64,000 nt of DNA from Oscillospiraceae bacterium. GTDB taxonomy: Bacteria; Bacillota; Clostridia; Oscillospirales; CAG-272. This document shows, in pieces, positions 44,953 through 54,144 of the stretch (the first letter of the stretch is position 1; the number at the start of each line of letters is the position of its first letter). Location: positions 674 to 64,673 of the forward strand of contig SVRQ01000010.1 of assembly GCA_015064725.1 (NCBI GenBank), in the 5' to 3' direction. Below the pieces are notes generated by a model. The model was given only the letters and a program-made list of their open reading frames with translations, searched no databases and was not told the DNA's origin. Made by a program: the position numbers and the translations under genes.

Positions 44953-45141
44953 ATGATGAATAACAAAGACGAAAAGAACACCTGCAAGTGCAACAACGGC
45001 GTGGTTTGCGACGTTTCCAACTGCGTTTACCACGACGGCGAAAACACTTGCACAGCAGCAACCATCAATGTAGGTCCCAGCTACGCCACATCCTGCACAG
45101 ATACAGTCTGTGCGACATTCAAGCAGAAAAACACAGACTGA
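44953..45141 (+). CDS. DUF1540 domain-containing small Cys-rich protein
   Basis: 62 aa. CKCNNGVVCDVSNCVYHDGENTCTAATINV fits the DUF1540 pattern (C.V..C.yh....C.A..I.V). AAAGGAG RBS. Confidence 0.6.
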   Translation: MMNNKDEKNTCKCNNGVVCDVSNCVYHDGENTCTAATINVGPSYATSCTDTVCATFKQKNTD

Positions 45142-45261
45142 CTTACTTTTTCTTTCGAGAAAAAGTAAGCAAAAAGAACTTTGCTAAAAAAGCTATTCTC
45201 GCCTTCCCCTTTGGGGAAGGGGGACCGCTTGCGGTGGATGAGGTTCATTCCGTGTAGCGAA

Positions 45262-45288
45262 CGTAGGGGAGGGGCTTGCTCCTCCCGC
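45262..45288 (+). repeat. 27-nt REP-like hairpin repeat, copy 2
   Basis: Identical to 42563-42589. It is part of a mosaic intergenic element (45142-45300) that also contains an 11-bp perfect hairpin cttactttttc/gaaaaagtaag (45142-45169). Confidence 0.8.
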
Positions 45289-45310
45289 GATCGTTTCATT
45301 TTTTAACAAA

Positions 45311-45694
45311 TTACGCCGTAACGGCATTTTTTATATGCCTTATTCCCCTTTCGGGAATAAGCTCTCCGCGCCCGTCGAGATATACTTCTATCACGTCGAT
45401 GCGCGGTTTCTTTTTGGGCTTATTTTTATAAATATACTCCTTGGCACATTCAAGGATGCGCTGTCTTTTCCTCACATCCACAGCATCGCGCGCACTTCCG
45501 AAGCGTGTGGCGCGCCCTGTGTCCGTGCGTGTCTTAACCTCTACAAAAAGGATATGCGTTTCATCCTCGCATATGATATCGGTTTCAAGATGTCCCGCGC
45601 GGTAGTTGCGGTAAAGCATCTTAAAGCCAAGCTTTTCAAGATAATTTACGGCAATATCCTCTCCCGTTTTCCCGATACTTTTCTTCTTGTTCAT
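45311..45694 (-). CDS. yraN: YraN family (UPF0102) endonuclease-like protein
   Basis: 127 aa. GEDIAVNYLEKLGFKMLYRNYR...ETDIICED...LFVEVKTR pattern of UPF0102. Overlaps the rnhB stop. Confidence 0.8.
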   Translation of the reverse strand: MNKKKSIGKTGEDIAVNYLEKLGFKMLYRNYRAGHLETDIICEDETHILFVEVKTRTDTGRATRFGSARDAVDVRKRQRILECAKEYIYKNKPKKKPRIDVIEVYLDGRGELIPERGIRHIKNAVTA

Positions 45695-46290
45695 TTATTC
45701 AAAAAGGAAAGAAAGCTTTTTCTGTGCTCGGGGCACGGGCCTATCTCGCGTACCTTGTTCATATGATCCTTTGTGGGGTAAGCCTTGTGCTTGGCAAAGC
45801 CGTATTCGGGGTAAGCCTTGTCCATTTCTGCACATTGCCTGTCCCTTGTCACCTTGGCAAGGATGGAGGCTGCCGCAATAGACGGGCTTTTTGCATCTCC
45901 CTTTACAACGGTCTGCGTGGGAATATCAAAGCCGCGTGCGCAGTTTCCGTCTATAAGCGCAAGATCGGCAGGCACGGAAAGTCCCTCTATCGCGCGCTTC
46001 ATCGCAAGCATAGTAGCGCCAAGGATATTAAGCTCATCTATCTCCGCGGGCGTTGCCCACGCTACGGAGTAGGAAACAGCCTCTTTGGTTATCACATCGT
46101 AAAGCGCTTCCCTTTTCTTTTCGGAAAGCTTTTTGGAATCATTAAGTCCTTCTATCACAAGCCCCATAGGGAGTATCACCGCGGCGGCAACCACGTTGCC
46201 CGCAAGCGGACCTCTGCCCGCTTCGTCCACGCCGCAGATATTTTTATATCCCGCCTCGAGAGCCTCGTTTTCTATCGTATATTCAAGCAT
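45691..46290 (-). CDS. rnhB: ribonuclease HII
   Basis: 199 aa. ICGVDEAGRGPLAGNVVAAAVIL and DSKKLS motifs. Confidence 0.92.
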   Translation of the reverse strand: MLEYTIENEALEAGYKNICGVDEAGRGPLAGNVVAAAVILPMGLVIEGLNDSKKLSEKKREALYDVITKEAVSYSVAWATPAEIDELNILGATMLAMKRAIEGLSVPADLALIDGNCARGFDIPTQTVVKGDAKSPSIAAASILAKVTRDRQCAEMDKAYPEYGFAKHKAYPTKDHMNKVREIGPCPEHRKSFLSFLNK

Positions 46291-47173
46291 TTTCTTTTTC
46301 TCCGTTTTCGGGCGGAAGGTCTATTGTCATTCTGCCTATCTTGCCGCTTCTGAACTCTTCAAGCAGCATCTTCGCCGTGCGTTCAAGATCTATCTCCCCG
46401 CCGGAAACGAGGAAGCCGCGCGCCTTTCCTATGCGCTCCAGCACGTCGAAATCGGAAAGCTCCTCTGCAAGGGCTTCTTCTTTAAGCTTGTATCTTGCCA
46501 TAGTTTTGTCCGGGTAAAGCGCGCGCAGGCGGTTTACAAGTATGGATGCAAGCGTTTCTATATCGAGTATATCGTCCTTTATCGCGCCCGTAACGGCGAG
46601 GTTTTCGCCCGTTTTCGGGTCTTCAAACTTCGGCCAGAGTACACCGGGGGTGTCAAGCAGGTCAAAGCCCGCATTCGTGGGGATCCATTGTTGCTTGCGC
46701 GTAACGCCGGGTCGGTTCTCCACCTTAGCGCTCTTTGTTCCGGAAAGCTTATTTATAATGGAGCTTTTGCCAACGTTGGGAATACCGACTATCATCGCGC
46801 GAAGCTTTCTTCCCTCCATTCCCTTTTCGCGGTAGCGTTCAAGCTTTGCCGCAAGCAGCTCGCGCGCCGCTAGCGTTATCTCGTTCATTCCCTCTCCCGT
46901 GATGCAGTCATAAAAAATGCACTTTCTGCCGTTCGCGGCAAAATACGCCTTCCATACCTTTGTCATCTTCGGGTCCGCAAGGCTCGCCCTGCTGCAAAGT
47001 GTGAGGCGCGGCTTATCGCCGCAGATACGCGCTATTTCGGGATTTTGGGAGGAAAGAGGGATGCGCGCATCCAAAAGCTCTATAACAAAATCTACGTTTT
47101 TAAGGTTTTCCCCTATCTCTCGGCGAGTCCTCGCCATATGACCGGGAAACCACTGTATTATTTCCGAAGGCAT
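46283..47173 (-). CDS. ylqF: ribosome biogenesis GTPase YlqF/RbgA
   Basis: 296 aa. IQWFPGHM, circularly permuted GTPase motifs (LDARIP..., GIPNVGKSSIIN, DTPG). Confidence 0.9.
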   Translation of the reverse strand: MPSEIIQWFPGHMARTRREIGENLKNVDFVIELLDARIPLSSQNPEIARICGDKPRLTLCSRASLADPKMTKVWKAYFAANGRKCIFYDCITGEGMNEITLAARELLAAKLERYREKGMEGRKLRAMIVGIPNVGKSSIINKLSGTKSAKVENRPGVTRKQQWIPTNAGFDLLDTPGVLWPKFEDPKTGENLAVTGAIKDDILDIETLASILVNRLRALYPDKTMARYKLKEEALAEELSDFDVLERIGKARGFLVSGGEIDLERTAKMLLEEFRSGKIGRMTIDLPPENGEKENA

Positions 47174-47201
47174 AAATTCACGTCCTTTCTTAAAAAGTTT
47201 A

Positions 47202-47780
47202 TCATTCTACCTTGCCGAATCTGCCGGAAACGCGGAACACGACCTTGCCCATGACCTCGTCCTCGCTGACAAAGCCGACTATCGCCATATTTCTGCTGTC
47301 CGTGGATTCGTTTCTGTTATCGCCCATTACAAAGAGATAACCCTCGGGAACGGTAAGCTCTTCGGGGCATCCGTCCCTGTCCATCGGGAACCAAGGCTGG
47401 TAATTTACGTAATCCTCGTCAAGAAGCTCGCCATCGACCCAGACCTTCCAGTTTTCAAAATCGAATTTTATCGTCTGACCGCCCTTGGCGATAATGCGCT
47501 TGACTATAGGGCCTTTGAAAAAGCCGTTCTGTTCCTGCACAACAACGATATCGCCTTGCGTAGGCTCATAAAAAAGGTTGGATATTATAAGATGCTCCCC
47601 GTGCTTGAGCGTGGGATACATAGAGTCCCCGTCAACCGTGGTAAGCCTTGCTATAAAAGTAAATATAAAAAGAACTATTGCTATTGAAAAAGCAATGACC
47701 TCCAGCCAATCGTAAACGATGGCGCGTATCGGCTCTTTTTCGGGTTTATTTTCCTGTACGGAAATATTCTGTTCTTCCAT
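47202..47780 (-). CDS. lepB: signal peptidase I
   Basis: ORF 47202..47849. ATG 47780 is preferred (AGAGG RBS). TM anchor, GDSMYPTL (catalytic Ser) and GDNRNESTDSR boxes. Confidence 0.88.
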   Translation of the reverse strand: MEEQNISVQENKPEKEPIRAIVYDWLEVIAFSIAIVLFIFTFIARLTTVDGDSMYPTLKHGEHLIISNLFYEPTQGDIVVVQEQNGFFKGPIVKRIIAKGGQTIKFDFENWKVWVDGELLDEDYVNYQPWFPMDRDGCPEELTVPEGYLFVMGDNRNESTDSRNMAIVGFVSEDEVMGKVVFRVSGRFGKVE

Positions 47781-47796
47781 AAAAAGACCTCTTTTC

Positions 47797-49104
47797 TTAA
47801 AGTACCTTTTCCGCTTCCGCGAAAACATCGCACATAGCGGAATATGCAAACATTATAACAACAAAGCAAAGCACGCTCTGCACAGCCCACGCAAGGGAGA
47901 ACCACGGGATAGAAAGCGTAAGAGTTGCGTGCGCTATAGCAAAAACACGGCATATCACACAAAGCTTCGACGCTTTGCGCGACAGCTCCGTTCTGCGCTC
48001 ATCGTCTATCTCCTGCCTGCGAAGGTCCGTATATTGTCTGTATCCCACGGAATCGTCAAGCAGGCGCACCATCGTCTTTTTCACGTCCCCGAATAAAAGG
48101 AAAAGCAAAACGCCGCCGCAAACGGTAAGAAGCGCAAAAGGTATGTAAAGCTTTATAAAGCTCGGATGTTCGTACGGGAACAATACTCCGCCAAGTCCGG
48201 CGCAATATAGCCATAGAAAGACGTACTGCAAAAGCATAACGGCAGAGAAAGCAAGCGAGAGCAATTTTGATCTCTTAAGATCTTCCGTGTATTTTGAAGC
48301 AGAGCCGAACGCAAAAAACGCGCAAATGCCTAACGCAAACGTCGGTATTATATAATGGAAATCTATCGATATGGAGAAAAGGAAAAACAGAGAGGCGAAG
48401 AATATGCGCCAAAAGTTCTTTACGCTTCTCTTTATCGCGCGCGCTTCGTCCGGTAATACCTCCGTATTGTATCTTTCTTCAAGATAAGCAATAAAGGGCT
48501 TGTTGTTCTTTACCTGGGAAAATGCCTTCCACGCGGAGGAAAGCCAAACTATGCCGAACACAAGTGCCGCCGCCGCGCAGATTATTGTAAGCATCGTGCG
48601 TATAACGCCTGTCCAATCCGCATCCCCGCCCGAGGTAACGTAACCGTAATCTGTTTTGAGTGCGGTAAGCTCCGGCAGCGTTGCGCACGCGGCGCGCACA
48701 ACAAGAAAGACAGGAGTAAGCTTTGCAGCTTCCTCCGTCTTTTTTGAAACGCCGTTCGGCGCAAAGCGCATCTCAAGGTAATCAATGCCCTCAAAAAGAG
48801 CCTTGAAAGCAGGAAGCACGAAGAAAAGCTCAAGCACGGCAAAGGAAAACACAAAAACAAGCACGAGAGTGTTATCAAACTTTGCAAAAAAGCCAAGCAA
48901 CATCACGCCGAACCTTCCAATGGAAACGGCAAGCGCGTGCGTCATCTTCGTTTTCGCCTGTGCAAGCTTATATTCAACGTCCGCCATCTTCGCCATACCG
49001 CGAAGTATGAGCAGGTATCCTATAAAATCGGGCAAAATGTCTATTATATTTATAAAAGGTTCAAAAAGAAAGATAAGCCCAGCAAGAATATACCCTATTC
49101 CCAT
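47797..49104 (-). CDS. uncharacterised polytopic membrane protein (long paralogue)
   Basis: 435 aa with about 10 predicted TM segments. The N-terminus MGIGYILAGLIFLFEPF resembles that of the adjacent 220-aa protein. I recognise no family motif. Confidence 0.6.
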   Translation of the reverse strand: MGIGYILAGLIFLFEPFINIIDILPDFIGYLLILRGMAKMADVEYKLAQAKTKMTHALAVSIGRFGVMLLGFFAKFDNTLVLVFVFSFAVLELFFVLPAFKALFEGIDYLEMRFAPNGVSKKTEEAAKLTPVFLVVRAACATLPELTALKTDYGYVTSGGDADWTGVIRTMLTIICAAAALVFGIVWLSSAWKAFSQVKNNKPFIAYLEERYNTEVLPDEARAIKRSVKNFWRIFFASLFFLFSISIDFHYIIPTFALGICAFFAFGSASKYTEDLKRSKLLSLAFSAVMLLQYVFLWLYCAGLGGVLFPYEHPSFIKLYIPFALLTVCGGVLLFLLFGDVKKTMVRLLDDSVGYRQYTDLRRQEIDDERRTELSRKASKLCVICRVFAIAHATLTLSIPWFSLAWAVQSVLCFVVIMFAYSAMCDVFAEAEKVL

Positions 49105-49115
49105 ATTGCCCCCTG

Positions 49116-49778
49116 TTATTTTTTCTTTTTCTTATGAGTGTTGTTTTTCTGTGCGGAAGCACCGCTTTTTTTATTTTTTTCGTAATAATCCAAGGGAGAT
49201 TTAAAATTATTTACCTTTTTCTCCATATCCTCGTCCCCCTCAAGGCAGATGCGCGCATAGCATCTGAAAAGGAGTATCGCCGTAAGCACCGTTACAAGCA
49301 AGGAAAGAAGAAGACCCGTTCCGTAAAGGCGTGCGGCAAGATCTCCGATGCTTTCGGCATTCATTGTGATATACACCATTATAACCTGTCCCGCAACAAG
49401 AAAGATGGGAACGAGCATAATGTTCGTATAAGCCATTTTCATTATTGCAAAAAGCTCCGTATCCTTGGCAACCGCCGCAACGGAAAGGAAGAGGAAAACG
49501 TAGAAGCACAGCATATACGCCGTGTATGTAGAGTTGATAATATTGTTTACCCCTGCACCCGTAAGCTCTATATCAAAGTAAGAGCAAATGCCAAGGACAG
49601 CTTTTATTCCCGAAAAAACAAGTCCGAGCGCGCAGACTTTTTTCGTATTGTCAAAGCAGGTGCAGTGGTTGCTTGCGGCATTGATGCCCGCATACATAAG
49701 CAAAAAGCCGAAAATATTCAGCGTATCGAACGCTCCCGTCAAAAGGAAGCATCCGAGAAACATATAGCCAAATCCCAT
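49116..49778 (-). CDS. uncharacterised polytopic membrane protein (short paralogue) with Lys-rich tail
   Basis: 220 aa with about 5 TM segments. N-terminus MGFGYMFLGCFLLTGAF. The C-terminus ends HKKKKK. No recognised family. Confidence 0.6.
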   Translation of the reverse strand: MGFGYMFLGCFLLTGAFDTLNIFGFLLMYAGINAASNHCTCFDNTKKVCALGLVFSGIKAVLGICSYFDIELTGAGVNNIINSTYTAYMLCFYVFLFLSVAAVAKDTELFAIMKMAYTNIMLVPIFLVAGQVIMVYITMNAESIGDLAARLYGTGLLLSLLVTVLTAILLFRCYARICLEGDEDMEKKVNNFKSPLDYYEKNKKSGASAQKNNTHKKKKK

Positions 49779-49852
49779 ATAAAACCTCGAAACGCGGAAA
49801 GCGGAGGGCTTGTGCCCTCGCTTACCGCTTATAATATTTATAATATTTTTTA

Positions 49853-52585
49853 TCAGTTTTCGTCGGCGGAACCGTTAGCGCCGCAGCATTTCTTATATTT
49901 TTTGCCTGAACCGCAGGGACAGGGATCGTTTCTGCCGATCTTTTCCGCCGCTTTTTTTACAACGGGGCGTTTTTTCGCTGCCTCACCGCCTACAGCCGCC
50001 GCTGTTGCCGCCTGCTGCTTTGCAACCTGCACGCGCTGTATCTGCTGTGCGGGACGGGAGAACAGCACCATTCTTACCGTGTCCACGCGGATATCAGCTA
50101 TCATACCGTCGAACATATCGCCGGCGGCAAGTCTATATTCGTTAAGCGGATTTCTCTGCGCGTATGCGGCAAGACCAACACCGCCGCGAAGGTCGTCCAT
50201 AGCATCAAGATGCTCCATCCAGTGTCTGTCAACGGAGGTAAGCAGTGCAACTCTCTCAAGCTCGCGGATGTGTTCTCCGAACACCTCCTGCTGCTTTGCA
50301 TATACCTCGTGTGCGCGGGAGAGGAGAAGCTCGCTCGCTTCCTCTGCCGTTGCCGCATCCCCCGCAAAATCATCAGGTGCGATAAGCCAGAAAAGGTTCT
50401 TGCGAAGCGCGGGAACGGAAAAAGCACCTTTATCCGTATCAACGCTTGCGGCAATTCCGTCCGCAACAGCACCGTCCATCATCTTAACGATGGTCTCGCT
50501 TATATCCTCGCCGTCAAGCACACGTCTGCGCTCGCCGTAGATGATGTTTCTCTGCTGGTTCATAACGTCATCGTAATCGAGGACGTTTTTACGTCTGTTG
50601 AAGTTTTCACCCTCAAGGCGTTTTTGAGCATTTTCGATAGTTCCCGAAAGTATCTTTGCATCGATAGGCTGGTCATCGGGAAGACCGAGGTGCTCTACCA
50701 TACCCTGTATCCTTTCGCTGCCGAAAAGGCGCAAAAGGTCATCCTCAAGAGAGAGGAAGAAGCGGCTCTCGCCGGGGTCGCCCTGACGTCCCGCACGTCC
50801 GCGAAGCTGGTTGTCTATACGTCTGCTTTCGTGTCTTTCCGTGCCGAGGATGAAAAGGCCGCCCGCTTCCCTTACCTTTTCCGCTTCGGGAGCTATCTGT
50901 TCCTTGAAAGCGGCAAGCTTTTCACGGTAGATCTCTCTTGCCTCTCGCGTTTTTTCATCTATATTTTCGGAAGCGCCCATAGCGCCGAAGATCTCTTCTT
51001 CGGAATATCCGAGCTTTTTGAGCTCGTTCTTTGCAAGAAACTCCGCGTTACCGCCGAGCATAATGTCCGTACCGCGTCCCGCCATATTCGTGGAGATGGT
51101 AACGGCACCGTATTTGCCCGCCTGTGCAACTATTTCCGCTTCCTTTTCGTGGTACTTCGCGTTGAGCACGTTGTGCTTGACGCCCGCACGGTTAAGGAGC
51201 TTCGACAGGAACTCTGATTTATCTACGGAAACAGTGCCTACAAGCACGGGCTGTCCCTTTTCGTGGCACTCTTTTATCTGTGCGATGATAGCATCATACT
51301 TACCTTTTTGATTTTTGTAAACAACGTCGTTTCTGTCCTTGCGGATCATAGGTCTGTTCGTGGGAACTTCCACAACGTCAAGGCTGTATATTTCGCGGAA
51401 TTCTTCTTCCTCCGTAAGCGCTGTACCCGTCATACCGGAAAGCTTTTTATAAAGGCGGAAGAGGTTCTGGAACGTGATCGTCGCCTGCGTCTGGTTTTCG
51501 TTTTCGATCTTTACGCGCTCTTTAGCTTCTATCGCCTGGTGAAGCCCGTCGGAGAAGCGTCTGCCGGGCATAATACGGCCCGTGAAGCTGTCAACGATAA
51601 GCACCTTGCCGTCCATAACGACGTAGTCCACGTCCAGCTTCATAACGCCGTGCGCGTGGAGTGCTTGGTTTACGTAGTGGTTAAGGTCCGTGTTTTCAAG
51701 GTCGGCGTAGTTTTCTATGCCGAAGAAAGCCTCTGCCTTTGCAATACCGTGCTTTGTAAGAGTTGCGCGTTTTGCTTTTTCGTCAACGATATAATCCTGC
51801 GTTACGTCCTCGTAATCGGATTTCGTGTCCTTTTCCTTTATGCGAAGACCCTTGAGAGTGCGAACGAAAGCGTCTGCCTTGCCGTACATCTCGTCGCTCG
51901 TGTTGCCGGGGCCGGAAATAATAAGCGGCGTTCTCGCTTCATCGACAAGGATAGAGTCCACCTCATCGACGATGGCAAAATTATGTCCGCGCTGAACTAT
52001 TCTGTCCTTATAGATCACCATATTGTCGCGCAGATAGTCAAAACCTATCTCGTTGTTCGTACCGTACGTTATATCGCAGGCGTAAGCCGCTTTTTTCTCC
52101 GCAGAGGTCTGACCGTGGACGATAAGACCCGTCGTAAGACCGAGGAAAGCGTATATCTTGCCCATTTCCTCGCTGTCGCGGCGCGCAAGGTAATCGTTGA
52201 CCGTAACGATGTGAACGCCTTTTTCGGTGAGGGCGTTGAGGTATGCGGGCATAGTTGCAACGAGAGTTTTACCTTCACCCGTTTTCATTTCCGCTATCCT
52301 TCCCTGATGAAGTATGATACCGCCCATTATCTGAACGCGGAAGGGGCGTTTGCCAAGCACGCGCGTTGCCGCCTCGCGCACCGTAGCAAAAGCCTCGGGA
52401 AGAATATCGTCAAGCGTTTCTCCCGCGGCAAGTCTTTCCTTGAATTCAGGTGTTTTTGCGGCGAGCTCACCGTCGCTCATTTTAGAAAATTTATCTGCAA
52501 GAGCCTCTATCTTGTTTACGATGGGCTCGATCTTTTTTATCTGCTTTGAACTGTACGTTCCGAAAATTTTTTCGACTAAAGACAT
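49853..52585 (-). CDS. secA: preprotein translocase ATPase SecA
   Basis: ORF 49853..52624. ATG 52585 is preferred (GGAGGT RBS; MSLVEKIFGTYSSKQIKK). Walker A MKTGEGKT, DEVDSILVDEARTPLIISG, and the C-terminal zinc finger CPCGSGKKYKKCCG. Confidence 0.97.
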   Translation of the reverse strand: MSLVEKIFGTYSSKQIKKIEPIVNKIEALADKFSKMSDGELAAKTPEFKERLAAGETLDDILPEAFATVREAATRVLGKRPFRVQIMGGIILHQGRIAEMKTGEGKTLVATMPAYLNALTEKGVHIVTVNDYLARRDSEEMGKIYAFLGLTTGLIVHGQTSAEKKAAYACDITYGTNNEIGFDYLRDNMVIYKDRIVQRGHNFAIVDEVDSILVDEARTPLIISGPGNTSDEMYGKADAFVRTLKGLRIKEKDTKSDYEDVTQDYIVDEKAKRATLTKHGIAKAEAFFGIENYADLENTDLNHYVNQALHAHGVMKLDVDYVVMDGKVLIVDSFTGRIMPGRRFSDGLHQAIEAKERVKIENENQTQATITFQNLFRLYKKLSGMTGTALTEEEEFREIYSLDVVEVPTNRPMIRKDRNDVVYKNQKGKYDAIIAQIKECHEKGQPVLVGTVSVDKSEFLSKLLNRAGVKHNVLNAKYHEKEAEIVAQAGKYGAVTISTNMAGRGTDIMLGGNAEFLAKNELKKLGYSEEEIFGAMGASENIDEKTREAREIYREKLAAFKEQIAPEAEKVREAGGLFILGTERHESRRIDNQLRGRAGRQGDPGESRFFLSLEDDLLRLFGSERIQGMVEHLGLPDDQPIDAKILSGTIENAQKRLEGENFNRRKNVLDYDDVMNQQRNIIYGERRRVLDGEDISETIVKMMDGAVADGIAASVDTDKGAFSVPALRKNLFWLIAPDDFAGDAATAEEASELLLSRAHEVYAKQQEVFGEHIRELERVALLTSVDRHWMEHLDAMDDLRGGVGLAAYAQRNPLNEYRLAAGDMFDGMIADIRVDTVRMVLFSRPAQQIQRVQVAKQQAATAAAVGGEAAKKRPVVKKAAEKIGRNDPCPCGSGKKYKKCCGANGSADEN

Positions 52586-52702
52586 ACTACCTCCGAAAAA
52601 TTGTAATGTATATTTTAAAATCAAATCCGTATTATATTTATTATACTATAAAATCAGCAAGAAAACTATAATAATTTGTAAATAAATTATATTTTTTTAA
52701 AA

Positions 52703-53215
52703 TTAAGAGTTGTGTTCGCCGATATTTTTCGCTATCTTTTCGCCATCGCATTTAAGATGCACGAAATTACGCTGGCGCATAGCCTCATAAACGGCGATGG
52801 CAACGGTATTGGAAAGGTTGAGAGAACGGCTTCCCTCCTTCATGGGCATACGCAGGGATCTCTCAAATCTTTCTTCAAGAAGATCTTCCGGCAAGCCTTT
52901 CGTTTCTTTGCCGAAAACAAGGAAAACACGCTGAGGATATTCCGCCTCGGAGTAAACGCGGCTTGCTTTTTTGGAAAAGAACCACATCTGCTCATCCTTG
53001 TTTTTTTCAAGGAACTCCGCAAGGTTTTCGTAATAATATATTTCAAGCTCGTTCCAATAGTCAAGACCCGCGCGTTTCATCTTTTTATCATCTATCTCAA
53101 AGCCGAGCGGCTTTACAAGGTGGAGCGCCGCGCCCGTAACGGAGCATGTGCGCGCTATGTTGCCCGTATTCTGCGGTATTTCCGGCTCGACGAGAACTAT
53201 ATTTATATCTGCCAT
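52703..53215 (-). CDS. trmL: tRNA (cytidine/uridine-2'-O-)-methyltransferase TrmL (SpoU family)
   Basis: 170 aa. IVLVEPEIPQNTGNIARTC and LSNTVAIAVYEA SPOUT motifs. Confidence 0.82.
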   Translation of the reverse strand: MADINIVLVEPEIPQNTGNIARTCSVTGAALHLVKPLGFEIDDKKMKRAGLDYWNELEIYYYENLAEFLEKNKDEQMWFFSKKASRVYSEAEYPQRVFLVFGKETKGLPEDLLEERFERSLRMPMKEGSRSLNLSNTVAIAVYEAMRQRNFVHLKCDGEKIAKNIGEHNS

Positions 53216-53370
53216 AAAAATTCTCCTTAAATATACGCTTTAAATTTAATTATACCTTAAATAAAGCAAAAAATCAAGTTTTACCGAATAATGCAGATTT
53301 TTTCGGGTTTATTTTTTGACCCTCTGCAAAAACTTTATATACAAAAATATTTTTACGGAAAGGAACGCAA

Positions 53371-54135
53371 ATGAAAAACAGATCGAAAAAATTTTTCGCT
53401 CCCCTGCTTGCGCTTTTTATCACGGTCTTCACCGTATATGCGCAGGGCGCGAACGCATACAATTGGTACTGCAAGCGTGCAAAGGACAATGCGCGCCCCG
53501 CGGCGGAAAGCTCTCTTTCCTTCATATTTGAAAACGGCGGCGCATATATCGGAAAAGATCCGGAGGAAAAGGTCATCTATCTTACCTTTGACGCAGGCTA
53601 CGAAAACGGAAATATCTCAAAAATACTCGACGTATTGAAGGCCCATAACACGCACGGTGCTTTTTTCGTACTGGAAAACATCATCACCCGAAATACGGAT
53701 CTTGTAAAAAGAATGGCGGCGGAGGGGCACCTTGTCTGCAACCACACAGCGCGCCACAAGGATATGACTAAAATGAGCGCAGAAAGCTTTAAAGCGGAGC
53801 TTTATAAGCTTGAAAGCATCCTGCGCGAAACTGCAGGCGTGGAATGTGCAAAATTTTATCGCCCTCCGGAGGGCAGATTTAACGAAGCAAACCTTAAAAC
53901 GGCGCAGGAAATGGGATACAAAACCGTTTTTTGGAGTCTTGCCTATGCGGATTGGGACAATGACAAGCAGCCCGATCCCGAAAAAGCAAAGCAGCTCCTG
54001 CTTGCAAACACGCACAACGGCGCGGTGATATTGCTTCACCCCACGTCAAAGACAAACGCAGATATACTCGATTCCCTGCTTACCGAATGGGAAAACCAAG
54101 GATACCGCTTCGGCACGCTCAGCGAGCTTTTTTAA
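53371..54135 (+). CDS. pdaA: delta-lactam-biosynthetic de-N-acetylase (polysaccharide deacetylase family)
   Basis: 254 aa. Signal peptide. The stretch YLTFDAGYENGNISKILDVLKAH...GHLVCNHT...YRPPEGRF...VFWSLAYADW...LLHP closely parallels B. subtilis PdaA as I recall it. Confidence 0.7.
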   Translation: MKNRSKKFFAPLLALFITVFTVYAQGANAYNWYCKRAKDNARPAAESSLSFIFENGGAYIGKDPEEKVIYLTFDAGYENGNISKILDVLKAHNTHGAFFVLENIITRNTDLVKRMAAEGHLVCNHTARHKDMTKMSAESFKAELYKLESILRETAGVECAKFYRPPEGRFNEANLKTAQEMGYKTVFWSLAYADWDNDKQPDPEKAKQLLLANTHNGAVILLHPTSKTNADILDSLLTEWENQGYRFGTLSELF

Positions 54136-54144
54136 ACACAGACT

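Noticed and set aside
45081-45299. 72-aa minus-strand ORF between the DUF1540 gene and yraN.
   Set aside because: It is composed mostly of the mosaic REP-like repeat modules, has no RBS, and its 3' end overlaps the DUF1540 gene on the opposite strand. ORFs of this type are typical artefacts of such repeats. The same applies to 42401..42829(+) and 42363..42560(-).
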